Positions 14,601-26,470 of a DNA stretch of 64,000 bases are shown piece after piece. Position numbers and translations under genes: made by a program. Below the pieces are notes generated by a model. It had not been told where the DNA came from. It made no database searches and saw only the letters and a program-made list of their open reading frames with translations. Positions within the stretch are counted from its first letter, which is position 1. The number at the start of each line of letters is the position of its first letter. This DNA is from Squalus acanthias (lineage: Eukaryota), in contig CM059431.1 in the NCBI GenBank assembly GCA_030390025.1, positions 128,342,001 through 128,406,000 on the forward strand. The letters run 5' to 3'.

Positions 14601-15996
14601 CCGTTGAGTTCTTTGCCTTCTACTTTTGTTTTTCTCCTTCCTGTCTTTAGCATTTATCCTTGTTTCCCTTTCCTCTGTCTCCCTGCTCAGGTTCCCAACC
14701 CCCTGCCACTTTAGTTTAAACCCTCCCCAACAGCACTAGCAAACACTCCCCCAAGGACATCGGTCCCGGCCCTGCCCAGGTGCAGACCATCCCGTTTGTA
14801 CTGGTCCCACCTCCCCCAGAACCGGTTCCAATGTCCAAGGAATTTGAATCCCTCCCCCTTGCACCATTTCTCTAGCCACGTATTCATTTGAAATATCCTC
14901 CTATTTCTACTCTGACTAGCACGTGGCACTGGTAGCAATCCTGAGATTACTACCTTTGAGGTCCTCTTTTTTAATTTACCTCCTAACTCCCTATATTCTG
15001 CTTTTAGGACCTCATCCCGTTTTTTACCTATATCGTTGATGCCTATGTGCACCACGACAACTGGCTGCTCGCCCTCCCCCTCCAAAATGTTCTGTAGCCG
15101 CTCCGAGACGTCCTTGACCCTTGCACCAGGGAGGCAACACACCATTCTGGAGTCTCAATTGCGGCCGCAGAAACGCCTATCTATTCCCCTTACAAATGAT
15201 CCCCCTATCACTATAGCCCTTCCAAACTTTTTCCTACCAGCCTGTGCAGCAGAGCCACCCATGGTGTCAGGAAGTTGGCTGCTGCTGCCTTCCCCTGATA
15301 AGTCATCCCCCCCAACAGCATCCAAAAAGGTATATCTGTCTGAGAGGGGGATGGCCACAGGGTACCCCTGCACTACCTGCCTGCACCTCTTACTCTGCCT
15401 GGTGGTCACCCATTCACTTCCTGCCTGTACACCCTTTACCTGCGGTGTGACCAACTCGCTAAACGTGTTATCCACGACGTTCTCAGCATCGCGAATGCTC
15501 CAATATGCATCCATCCGCAGCTCCAGCGCCGCAATGCGGTCCGTCAGTAGCTGCAGCTGGATACATTTCCCACACACATGGTCGTCAGGGATACAGGAAG
15601 CATCCCTGATTTCCTACATATTGCAGGAGGAGCATATCACGGCGCTGAGCTCTCCTGACATGACTTACCCTTTAATTAATTAATTAAAATTAAACTAATT
15701 GAATCCCACCAATTTCACTTCAATTAAATGATATACTCAAGGGCCCTTGCTTAACAGCAGTCCCCACAGAGACTCTAGAAACTATAAACCACAGAATTTA
15801 AGTTTGGAAAAAAGGAGAAAAAGAGAAATACTCACCAACCAATCACTTACCTGCTTTCTGGTGACGTCACACTTTGATTATTTTTTACTTCTCTCTCTCC
15901 CGCTCTTGGGGCTCAGATTGGTAAGCCTACCTGGTCGCCGCCGCCTCTTTTATCAGCTCCGCCTCGCTACAGCCGCTCCACCCAGGCCCGCCGCCT
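11629..15996 (-). mobile_element. Full-length CR1 LINE with a few disabling mutations
   Basis: GC-rich 5'UTR; ORF1 ~15661-14711 (CxxC, CGKC, SGNH-esterase-like VVHIGIND and DGLHL; two in-frame stops); ORF2 APE (ITETWL, GDFN, SDH) + RT (FADD) to 11729 with frameshifts; (catagaaa)n tail. Confidence 0.95.
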
Positions 15997-16006
15997 CAAT
16001 CTATAA

Positions 16007-17760
16007 GGCTGCGATTTCGCCATCGGATGCGAGATCGCGGCAGGAGAGGTCGTTGTCGAGTCCCAGTCCGGCTCCCGGCTCCAGCCACTTTCTGAAAAGG
16101 ATTTTACGTTAATTGGGCTTGTTAAGCCTGCCCTGCGCGTTTCCCAGCCAATTAAAAGGAAGCGGATCTGATGACGTCATTTGATGATGCTTCATCAGCT
16201 GCTTTCATTAAAGGGGCCATGTTAAAATTTATTTTGATATTTGTGCTGTCAGTGTTCTACAGCATTGAGGTGCTGCAAACACTGACAAGCACTGCACAGA
16301 GGTGCACGGCTGCACCCAGGCTCTCCCATGACACCCTCCATATGCTTATGGAGGGAGTCACAGCACGCAGGGAGGTTCTCTTCCCTTCCAAGGGTGGAAG
16401 AGACCTCCCCAGGACACCAATGCAGCCTGGTTGCACATTGCACAGGAGGGAAAAAGCAAGGATGTCATCAGGAGGACCAGGCTGCAGTGGCACAATCCTT
16501 TCAATGATCTCAGTAGATCACGAAACGTTACTGCAACGCCACACTCAGCCTCATCCTGCTGTGCCACTCATCACATCCCCATCACTCTGCCTTCCCTACC
16601 ATATTCCTACACATCCTTACTCAAACCAACTTACCTTGCACCTCCACCCATCCCTCTCTATCTACATTATCACTTCCCCATCTCACTAACCACCCCTCCC
16701 ACTCACCCTCATCCTAGTCCAATCATACCAACTACCAATACACAAGGGTAGGCACTTGGATGCTTTATGCAATGTTCATGTAAATTTTCTGTTACAGTGT
16801 TGTCAAGCATTGAAATCTTTATTTTCAACCCTTTCCCTTATTGGATAGATCTGTGCTCACCTTTAGAAGTGTCTTCGTGAGTTCCAGTGAATGTTGAGAC
16901 ATAACTTCCCCCACCCCCTCCCCCCGCCAATTGTGATGAGTGTGAAAGGAATGGCTTGAACATTGTAGGATGCTTTATGGTGCTGGTGTGGGGTGGTGTC
17001 AACCTGGCGCATCATGTGGCAGCCAGGGTGTACAGCGTCAAATGAAGTAAATCTGACCATGGTGATGCCATCGCTGGCCTCCCGGGCAGCAATGTTGTCG
17101 GGTGCTGATGCCCTGTCTCCTGTGCAGCATCAGGTGATTGCAGAGAATGTTGGTGTTGTTGTTGGTGCTGCTGGTGTTGAGATTCAGCGGACCAAGGTGA
17201 GATTTTTTCAAGGACACCGATGTTGCTGGAATAGATGGCAGCTGAAGTTGAGATGACAGAAGCGATCTGTCAATGGGGAGAGTGCTTGCTCCAAGGAGGT
17301 GACAGTGGATAGAAAGATTACTCCAAACACTTCCAGGCTGCATAAAGCTCAAAATTGCCTTCCAAGTCCTGAAGGCTAAAGCTTCTGACATTGGAAAGGG
17401 ACCAGCTGTGAAATGGTAGCTTTTATACCACTTATGCAGCTGTGACCTATTCACAGCAAAGGGGAGACATAGAGAACCCGGCCTACTTACATGAGAAGAT
17501 CTCCGAACGACGTGAACCTTGCTAAAAAAGTGGTATAATATAAATAGGCTGGCAGAGTAGTCATTAACAAGCATTTAACTATCTTAAATGCCTCCCCCAT
17601 CGCTTGGTGTCAGGTTTGTTCTGAAATCGCAGACCCGACACTTTGGAAACTTACATGGAAGCGGGTTCGGAGCGGGCTCCCAACCCCATGTCAATCATTT
17701 TGATTTTGACAGTGGTCCCGCCCCCGAACCCGCCCTCTGAGCCCCGGCAAAATTCAGCCC
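16007..17760 (+). mobile_element. Non-autonomous Harbinger derivative
   Basis: TIRs ggctgcgatttcgcc / ggcaaaattcagccc; TAA TSD (16004-16006, 17761-17763); Myb remnant AAPRLSHDTL..LMEGV..RREVLFP. Confidence 0.85.
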
Positions 17761-19259
17761 TAAGTTAGCAGATGACACGAAGATATGTGTGGGAGCTAGG
17801 ACGTTAAATTTAAAAAAATAGTTTGCAGGCAGATTTAGACAAGGTGAGGGAATGGGCCCAAGTCTGCCAGATGTCTTTCAATATAGACAAGTGGAGTGTG
17901 ATGCATTTGAGCAGGGACAATTCCAAGCTTGTATACACAGTGCAAGGTTACACGCTCAAGGCTGCTGAGTGGGAGAAGGACATGAGAGTTGTAATTCATG
18001 AATTATTGAAAGTCCATGGCAAACATCCCAAAGCTGTTGCAAAACCAGATAGAATGTTAAGATGTATAGTGGGACAATGAAATATAAAATTGGAAATACA
18101 ATCCCCACCTTATACTGTGTCCAGTTTTAGTCCCCTCACATGGTGGGCAATATTGGTGTCCTGGAAAAGGTTCAGACGAGGACCACCTAATTAATATATA
18201 GTTTAAGTGCCCTCATGGATAGACTGGATAGACTATCTGGTCTTGTGCCTTTTTGTATATTTATTTGTTCATAAGGGGTTGTCAGGGTCTGCATGCAAGT
18301 AATTACTGTTAGGGGAGATGGCGACCCATACTTTAAAATTCGAGGTAAGTGCCCCCTTAACCAGAGTGCAGTTTGAAGGGTAAGTCATATTTGCTCTTAA
18401 TTTTAGAGCATGAAGAGTATGCTTGTGCCCAGGGTATTCAAAGAAGAAAAGCAAAAGCGGCTGTTGTGTTATCAGGTCATGAACTTCTTGCAGGATTGGT
18501 CTGCAGTTCTAGGGTGAGAGTTGAGATTCAGTGCCAATGCCACTTCCCTCCACATGTCACAAGACGCATTTTTTTCAGGTTTCTTCCCAGAGGTCTGGCT
18601 CTCCTTTGTTCTATATCATGGAGCAAGTATTCAGAGGACAGCCTCACTGAAATTTTGTGCTCCTTTTATGTTCCTCCTTACACTGTCCTTCTCCCTTTTT
18701 ATGGTTGTCTGCGCCAGATGCTCCTAGAAAGACAACACTGAAAAGTGGGACAAAATCGCACATGATTCTTCCATTACAGCTACCTGACAATGAACTGACT
18801 GAGCTAAGCACTTTCCGACTTATCTATTGCTCTCTCAGACTGCAGCTTGACTTTCTAAAGGCTGTATTCTAATTTCTAAGCATCCTTAGCACGGTACTCC
18901 CATTTTACGTTGGATTGCACGTAGAAAGCTGCCAATGGATATTTAAATGAGCTGATCCCACAAATTTTGGCAGATTCAGCGCTGATCATCGCCGGGCAGA
19001 AGTCCTGAGACATTTGCGCAAATCTGGTGCAACTCACCCCGTGAAATTTCAGGGTCACGTTTTGTTTTGTTTGCTGATGTATAGCTAGCCTGAAGAATGT
19101 GTGAGACAGGACTGTCACAACATTTCCATCCTCCCTAGCTGATGATCTCAGTATAGCTGAGACTAGGGTAGATTTCATCTTGTAACTAATTCTAATGAAA
19201 TCGTAAAATCCACAAGTTGGGGTCTGGAATGCTCTACCTGACAAGGCGGTGGAAGCTTC

Positions 19260-20402
19260 TGTAAGTGGTTTTGATCCTAGCCCAATTGTTAGACGGACGG
19301 TTTGAATCGCCCCCGCCTTACGAAAGTTCTATACCCGGGAATTATTATTCAGAGTGTAAATGAAATAAGTCACGGACAGGAATGCTTCGGTGAAAAATCG
19401 TACTTATATTTATTTGGCCTAACATACACTGGCTAAAACATGCACTACTAAACAAAATGACTGTCTCTGTAGAGAATAAAAATCCAGGTTACAAACAACA
19501 TACATACAGTACCCAACTGGGGACTATGACAAGCAGTAATTCCCTTGTTGCTATGATGGACTCTAATTCCACCCCTACCAACGAATTACCCAGTTGCATA
19601 AGCCCCTTCGCCTGGCTGAACCAAACGAAGCTCCCACCCCGGAATAGCCCAAAAGCTTCACTTCTGAGAAAAACTCTGAGCCCTCTGGTTACCAGCTTGG
19701 GACACTCAAGACTAGGCTTACCACCACACACAGTCGGTCTCGATCGCTCCGCTTAGCTGCTTCTTCCTCTGGTACTTCTTCTTGTTAGGTCGATCTTGGT
19801 GCAGCGAGAGCGAGAGAGAGAGAGAGATGGTGGGAAAGGATCTATCTTTATAGGAGTCTCGCTACCCCTATCTTTCCCGCCAATCTTTAAAATCCTTTTG
19901 TTTCTAAGCACTCCGGTGCTTAATCAGTGATGGGTCATCCTCAGACCCATGAGTATTTCGTGATTGGACTAATGGCCCTAAGTCTGGGACATATTTCGGT
20001 CTTTGTGTTGGGAAAAACTGGCTCCTCTCTGGCTGGCTAGGCTGGTGGGTTCATTGTTCTGCTTCTCTTCTGAGATGGAGGTGAGAAGTGCTTTTGCATA
20101 TTAGAGTGGTTTTCTAACAGGTTCAAGTTCAACGGGTGCCTCAGGGTCCTCAGCCCCTTTGTCAATGGCCCCCCTTCCTTTTTCCAGGACTGTCGGGCGA
20201 ACCCATTCATTCGGGATGACTGACAGTTCTTTTGTCACAGCCAACTGCCATGTGTTCTCTGGAGTTTTAACAAACCAGTTTTTCACATATCTGCACAGGG
20301 TGATCCCATCACAGGGAAAATACCCTCAGAAAAATCCCATAAAGTCCACAAAATATTCTCGACTGAGTCCATTCTTCAAACAGAGATTTTGCGATCTCTT
20401 CA
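19260..20402 (-). mobile_element. Solo LTR (1143 bp)
   Basis: On minus reads TGAAGAG...CTTACA; TATAAAA ~19846-19852; AATAAA ~19410; flanks cttc/ctgc (4 bp, one mismatch). Confidence 0.75.
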
Positions 20403-20411
20403 CTGCTTCCA

Positions 20412-21479
20412 TAGATAAATGGGAGGGAAAGTAGTGAGTGAGGAGGACATAAAAAACCTGCAAGGGGACATAGACAGGCTAAGTAAGTGGGCAGAGATTT
20501 GGCAGATGGAATACAACACTGGAAAGTGTGAGGTGATGCACTTTGGCAGGAAAAATCCTAGAGCAATTTATTATCTTAATGGCAAGAAACTGGAGAGTAC
20601 TGAAGTGCAAAGGGATCTGGGGGTCCTGGTGCACGAAACTCAAAAGGTTAGTATGCAGGTGCAGCAAGTGATTAAGAAGGCAAATGGAATGTTGGCTTTC
20701 ATTGCTAGGGGGATAGAATATAAAAATAGGGAGGTATTGCTTCAGTTGTACAAGGTATTGGTGAGACCGCACCTGGAATACTGCATACAGTTTTGGTGTC
20801 CTTACTTAAGGAAAGACATCTTTGCTCTCGAGGCAGTGCAAAAAAGGTTCACTCGGTTAATCCCGGGGATGAGGGGGTGGTCATATGAGGAGAGGTTGGG
20901 TAGATTGGGACTCTACTCATTGGAGTTCAGAAGAATGAGAGGCGATCTTATTGAAACATATAAGATTGTGAAGGGGTTGGATCGGGTGGATGCGGGGAGG
21001 ATGTTCCCGATGACGGGTGAGACTAGAACTAGGGGACATAGTCTTAGAATAAGGGGCTGCTCTTTCAAAACTGAGATGAGGAGGAACTACTTCACTCAGA
21101 GGGTGGTAGGTCCATGGAATATGCTGCCACAAAAAGCTGTAGAAGCTACAACATTAATTAAATTTAAAACAGAAATAGACAGTTTCCTAGAAGTAAAGGG
21201 CATTAAGGGTTACGGGGAGCGGGCAGGAATTTGGACATGAGTCTAGGTTCGGATCGGTCATGGCCCTGTGGGTAGTGGAGCGGCCCCAGGGACCGTGTAG
21301 CCTGATTCTGCTCCTATTTCGTGTGTGCAATTCTGTTAGTTGCAGGAGATGGTTCTGTGATAGATAGTAGATTGGCGGTTAGGATCAGATCAGCCATGAT
21401 CTTATTGAATGGCGGAGCAGGCTCGAGGGGCCGATTGGCCTACTCCTGCTCCTATTTCTTATGTTCTTATGTTCTTATG
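20412..21479 (+). mobile_element. Young 5'-truncated CR1 with uninterrupted ORF2 C-terminus
   Basis: 273-aa ORF 20419-21240; (ttcttatg)n tail. Confidence 0.95.
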
Positions 21480-21879
21480 ATACTTGAGGATGAGGAACTT
21501 ACAGGGTTACGGACAAAAAGCGGGGACGTGGGACTAATCACGACTGCTCTTTCAAAGAGCCAGCACAGGCACGATGGGCCGAATGGCCTCCTTCTGTTCT
21601 GTAAGTGTCTATGAACTACGTAGGATCTTGATTTCTATATTGAAATTGTCTTCGTCCGACCTGCTCAAGCATTTACAGACCCGTCTGAATATTACATTAG
21701 GCAAGCCTTAGGGCATCAATGGGGCAGCCAATCTGCCTCTCCGATTTTCAAGTGCTGGCCAGCTTTTTTTTAGGTACAGAACAGGTGGCCATGTATTGAA
21801 TTCCTCCCCCATAGTGTCTATCACAAGATGAAATTAAGGAACACTTAAAAATACATTACTTCAGGATTGGAGTCTATAA

Positions 21880-22190
21880 TCAAAGCTGACATGTCAGTGC
21901 AGTACTGAGGGAATGCTGTACTGTCAGAAGTACCGTCTTTCAGATAAGATGTTAAACCATGGTCCCACCTGCCCTCTCAAATGGATGCGAAAGATTCAAT
22001 GGCACTATTTGAAGAAGAACAGGGGAGTTCTCACTGTGTCTTGGCAAGCATTTATCCTTCAACTAACACTGCAAAATCTGAACAGTTCTGACGAAGGGTT
22101 CGACCCGAAACGTTGCCTGACCTGCTGAGTGTTTCCAGCACTTTCTGTTGTTACTGCAAAAACACAGATTATCTGGTTGTTTAACACATT
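21880..22190 (+). mobile_element. Deu-domain SINE (SacSINE1/AmnSINE-like)
   Basis: cagtgcagtactgaggga...ggcactatttgaagaaga..caggggagttctc core, recognised from memory; shared with the copies at 27720 and 28822. Confidence 0.7.
22077..22152 (+). mobile_element. Short Penelope-derived element with hammerhead motif
   Basis: CTGACGA-A-gggt(tcg)accc-GAAA-cgtt; 9-bp TSD actgcaaaa (22068-22076, 22153-22161). Confidence 0.75.
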
Positions 22191-22357
22191 GTGTTGTAAT
22201 GCATAGTGAACTGCAGTGATGAATAATTGAATTTTATAATGTATTTTATATCATCTAAAGTGGTTGTTTTTGGTATTTCCTTCATCATATTACTTAAAGC
22301 TAGTTATAAATCGCTAGAACAAATACAGATGTAAGAACAAATTAACTGTGAGAACAA

Positions 22358-22498
22358 CAGTTCTGATGAAAGGTCATCGACCTGAAACGTTAACTCTGCT
22401 TCTCTCTCCACAGATGCTGCCTGACCAGCTGAGTATTTCCAGCATTTTCTGTTTTTATTTCAGATTTCCAGCATCTGCTGTATTTTGCTTCTGTTTTG
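22358..22498 (+). mobile_element. Short Penelope-derived element with hammerhead motif
   Basis: CTGATGA-A-aggtc(atc)gacct-GAAA-cgtt; 11-bp TSD tgtgagaacaa (22347-22357, 22499-22509). Confidence 0.8.
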
Positions 22499-22697
22499 TG
22501 TGAGAACAAATGCTTGTGCTCTCTGCTTTATCATTTTAACTAGAGATTTTTCTCTGATGTAAAAACAAATGAATAAAACATTTATACTATCAGACAAGGA
22601 CCCAAAAAAATTGGTAGCCCTAACTAGAAAGGAAGTTCTTTTTATAAACTATCTTGGAGGAAAAGAACCAATTAACACTGAAATTCTGTAAGTTTAA

Positions 22698-22852
22698 TTA
22701 CAGAATCCTTGAAGCAGATAACAAGGAAGGGAGACAGATCCTCTTGAATGTCTGAATAAAATTATCCCTCATCGGTGAAAGAGTAAGAATTGGAATGTAG
22801 ACATCTTCCCCAAGGAAATCGTTGTTATCAACAAATGGGACATGAGTTACGC
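22698..22852 (-). CDS. Candidate terminal coding exon of an unidentified host gene
   Basis: Pyrimidine-rich acceptor ...tttcactgcag, then (G)VTHVPFVDNNDFLGEDVYIPILTLSPMRDNFIQTFKRICLPSLLSASRIL-TAA, in non-repetitive DNA. Confidence 0.4.
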
Positions 22853-22900
22853 CTGCAGTGAAACTAATTGAAATTAAAGGAAGAGTGATGTAAAAAGACT

Positions 22901-23065
22901 GGGGAGAATTTTGACTTTGTGCGATAGTGTAAAATGGCTGTTAATTAATCGGCAGCCCGCTTCACATCCCTCCCGATGGAAATGAAAACTGGGAGAGCTG
23001 TTTAAAGGGTGGCCAAACCTATATGCCGCGTTTTACACTGTTATCGAATGTCAAAATTACTCCCA
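22901..23065. mobile_element. Palindromic MITE (Harbinger-like ends)
   Basis: gggagaattttgac...gtgtaaaa / ttttacac...gtcaaaattactccc. Confidence 0.7.
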
Positions 23066-23454
23066 GTGACTTTTTGGGCTGTAGTGGAACTCGAATCCAA
23101 ACCAACAGTTAGCCCCCCAATGCTCCTTGCCGCTGGAGTACCGAAGGGAATTTACATCCTAATCCGGGGAGTCCCCCAACACCAGAAGGTTTACCAACCA
23201 AAAATATTGTCCCAGCTCGAAAGAGGTGACTAAATGCTGATTAAATTCTGACAGGCATGCTAACCAAGTAAATGAGCTTTAATCAATCATTTTGGTGAGA
23301 CTAAATTAATATGTTGCTTTACAAGATTTTGTGGGCTAGTGTGGTTGCTTCTGGGTCTGAACTAAGATCAAAGCTGAGAGTTAAGCTTTCACATCTGAGG
23401 TTATAAATTTAACCATTTCATACCCTTGGTGTGTTGGTGATTATTTATTTAATT

Positions 23455-24590
23455 ATTTATTATTCATTCAAGGGATGTGGGCGTCGCTACAAGGCCAGTA
23501 TTTATTGCCCTTGAGAAGCTGGTGGTGAGCCGCCTTCTTGAGCTGCTGCAGTCCGTGTCCTGAAGGTACTCCCACAGTGCTGTTAGGGAGGGAGTTCCAG
23601 GATTTTGACCCAGCGACAATAAAGGAACAGCGATATAATTCCAAGTCTCTCTGATACCAACATTTATTAATCTCTCAACTTTTAAAAATATTCAGCTTTT
23701 TCATTCTTCCTACCAAAGGGGATAATTTCACTCTTCCCCACATTATACTCCATCTGCCACCTTCTTGCCCAATCACTTCACTGGTCTATATCCTTTTGCA
23801 GCCTCTTTGTGTCCTTCTCACAGCTTACTTTTCCACCTAGCTTTGTAAAAGATGGTGGGATTGCATGAGGACATAGACAGATTAGTCATCAGATTGGTGG
23901 CAGGTACAGTATAACGCAGAGAAATTAAAGTTGTACGTATCGGGAAAAGGAACAGTGAACGGAGGTATACCATAAATTATACGATTCTTGGAGGAACAAA
24001 GAGATCAGCACAGGTAGAAAAGGTCATAAAAAGGGAAACAGGATTCTGGATTTTATACATAGAGGCAACGAATATAAAAGCAAGGAAGTGAAGTCGAGTT
24101 TGACATTGATTAGGCCACAGTTGGAGTATTGCATGCAGTTTTCAGCACCCTGCTGTAGAAAAGATATTAGACTACGGAACAGATACAATGAACATTCACT
24201 AGGATGATAACTGGAATGAGAAGATACAGTTATGAAGATGTTGAAGATTTTTAACTGGAACAGGGAAGGTTGATGGGGAGTACAATAAAGGTTTACAAAA
24301 TTATGAGAGCTTTTGAGAGGATAAATAGTGAAAACTCATTTCCATTGGATGCCAAATTGGTCACAATATGCTTATCATTATCACTGGAAGAATGAAGGGG
24401 AGGTCAGAAGAATTCTTTTCACACAAAATGGAATGCTGGCTATTGAGGCAGACAGCATAATATCATTTAAATGTTAAGTTTTCAAAAAAGATACAGAGAA
24501 AGGTAAGGGAAATTAAAGTAGAAAACTCCAGTTGAAGAGTTAGTACTGGAAGAGGCATGATGGTTCGAATAGTCTCCAACTGTGCTGTCA
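23455..24590. mobile_element. Three decayed LINE fragments (divergent family on -, CR1 on -, CR1 on +)
   Basis: Similarity to 10093-10300 and to the CR1 RT C-terminal sequences elsewhere in the window. Confidence 0.7.
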
Positions 24591-24801
24591 ATTCTGATTC
24601 ACAGGCCAATAATTACTCTCACCAGCTCACCATCAGTGTTGCTCCACCTGCCTATTTTCTCTTCAACACATCCGCTAAGACAAGAATATGCAAGCTTTTT
24701 GTTTTCATGGGCTGTTTAGGTGCATATCACGCGAGCCAAGTGTAAACCAATCTTCTCATTAATTTGCATATATTTTAAGCGACTGAAACTTAAAGATCTT
24801 A

Positions 24802-25074
24802 GGGGGGTGATGGGTGAACGGAACTTGGTGCGAGTTAGGACACGGGCAGCCAAGTTTTGGATGACCTCAAGTTTACGTAGAGTAGAATGTGGGAGGCCAG
24901 CCGGGAGTTTGTTGGAATAGTCAAGTCTAGAGGTAACAAAGGCATGGATGAGGGTTTCAGGGGCGGATGAGCTGAGGCAAGGGCGAAGATGGTATCTCAT
25001 CCTTTTTTCAAATCCCTCCATGGCCTCGCCCCTTCCAATCTCTGTAATCTCCTTCAGCCCCACAACCCCCCGAG
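24802..25074. mobile_element. L2 fragments in opposite orientations
   Basis: 24802-24992 is the reverse complement of ~25825-26010; 24995-25074 matches ~26068-26148 directly. Confidence 0.75.
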
Positions 25075-25809
25075 TTGGGGCGCTAAATTTTGAAAGCTGG
25101 AAAAATTAGCGCCAGCTGCTAACCATTCTCAGCTTTCGGTAAATTCAGTGTTAGTGCTCCAGGAAGGAATTGGAGCGTGAAATCAAATGCTACCACTTCC
25201 CTTCTGGAGCGCTAAACTAAGCAGGGAGGGCGGTAGAGGTGCAGCGCGGCACAATGACCACTGCAGTGCTACCGGGGTCCGAGGACTCCTTCCCTCCATT
25301 AAAGAGAATGGCCAGTGCTGCAGGCTCTGCATTTCAACCATCTCCATTGTCGCCGACGGCAGCCAGGATCCTCGACGATCAGCCCCAAGCACTCTAACAG
25401 AGTGCAGTGCTGATCAATCGCGCCATTTAAAAATGTTCAAAATGCACCCTAAAGGAAGGAAACACATTTCCACTGAAAACCAGCGGCCTTACTTTTAATT
25501 AGCGCTCCCGAAGCGTCCGGCCTCCCGAACAACGCCTCCTGCAGCTGTCGGTGTTATCGGCCGATGATGCTGCAGGGGGTGGAACTGAATTTCGGGACCG
25601 GGATGCTACCGGGGCACAGCGCAGCCGGATGATGTCGTGATCTCTGGGTGCAGGAGAGTGTGGTGCTAGGGGTTACCGCCGCCGCAAACCGCCAAGTGAA
25701 TTTCGCGGGCGGTGGTAATATCGCTGCGCCCGGGCGGTAAGTCATTAGCGCCCCGTTATCGCCCCCGGAGGCGCTAACAGGAAGCGCAAAGGAGGCGAAT
25801 TTCTAGCCC
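25075..25809 (-). mobile_element. GC-rich Harbinger-type MITE
   Basis: Rich in tagcgc/gcgcta; end gaatttctagccc; reverse-related to 40599-41358. Confidence 0.7.
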
Positions 25810-25819
25810 TTGGTGTAAC

Positions 25820-26470
25820 ATCACCCGTCTCCGCCCTTGCCTCAGCTCATCCGCTGCTGAAACCCTCATTCATGCCTTTGTTACCTCTAGACTTGACTAT
25901 TCCAACGCACTCCTGGCTGGCCTCCAACATTCTACTCTACGTAAACTTGAGGTCATCCATAACTTGGCTGACCGTGTCCTAACTCGCACCAAGTCCCGTT
26001 CGCCCATCACCCCTGTGCTCGCTGACCTGCATTGGCTCCCGGTTAAGCAGCGCCTCGATTTCAAAATTCGCATCCTTGTTTTCAAATCCCTCCATTGCCT
26101 CGCCCCTTCCTATCTCTGGAATCTCCTTCAGCCCCACAACCCCCCGAGATATCTGCGCTCCTCTAATTCTGCCCTCTTGAGCATCCCTGATTACAATCGC
26201 TCAACCATTGGTGGCCGTGCCTTCTGTTGCCTAGGCCCTAAGCTCTGGAATTCCCTGCCTAAACCTCTCCGCCTCGCTACCTCTCTTTCCTCCTTTAAGA
26301 CGCTCCTTAAAACCTACCTCTTTGACCAAGCTTTTGGTCATCTGCCCTAATTTATCCTTATGTGGCTCGGTTTCAAATATTTTGTCTTGTAATACTCCGG
26401 TGCAGCGTCTTGGGACTTTTTACTATGTTAAAGGCGCTATATAAATACAAGTTGTTGTTGTTGTTGTTGT
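25820..26470 (+). mobile_element. L2 LINE 3' end
   Basis: LIHAFVTSRLDY, ITPVLADLHWLPV, WNSLP, FKTLLKTYLF; (ttg)n tail. Confidence 0.9.

Larger units (their letters stand above)
9990..18230 (+). mobile_element. Old CR1 RT fragment split by three younger insertions
   Basis: Pieces 9990-10092 (FQKAFDK), 11488-11628 (LFTIFIND) and 17761-18230 (ADDTK...LDKVREWA). Confidence 0.75.
200..19055 (+). mobile_element. Ancient PIF/Harbinger element, split into pieces by nested insertions (left end probably outside the window)
   Basis: Transposase remnants rejoin in frame across a CR1: EEMCIRRVYFTKE (to 657) + TLGELCQLLYEDLEP...KVT..LNFYVTGSFQ (from 3166). C-terminal ARGIRAQLISKVF at ~9075-9115, Myb-like start KGAQNFSE on minus at ~18645-18670, TIR-like aaatttcagggtc at ~19044-19056. 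Confidence 0.55.

Noticed and set aside
23009..23233. Plus-strand ORF/exon in the unique island
   Set aside because: It starts inside a MITE, has weak splice signals and no recognisable homology; cannot be supported.
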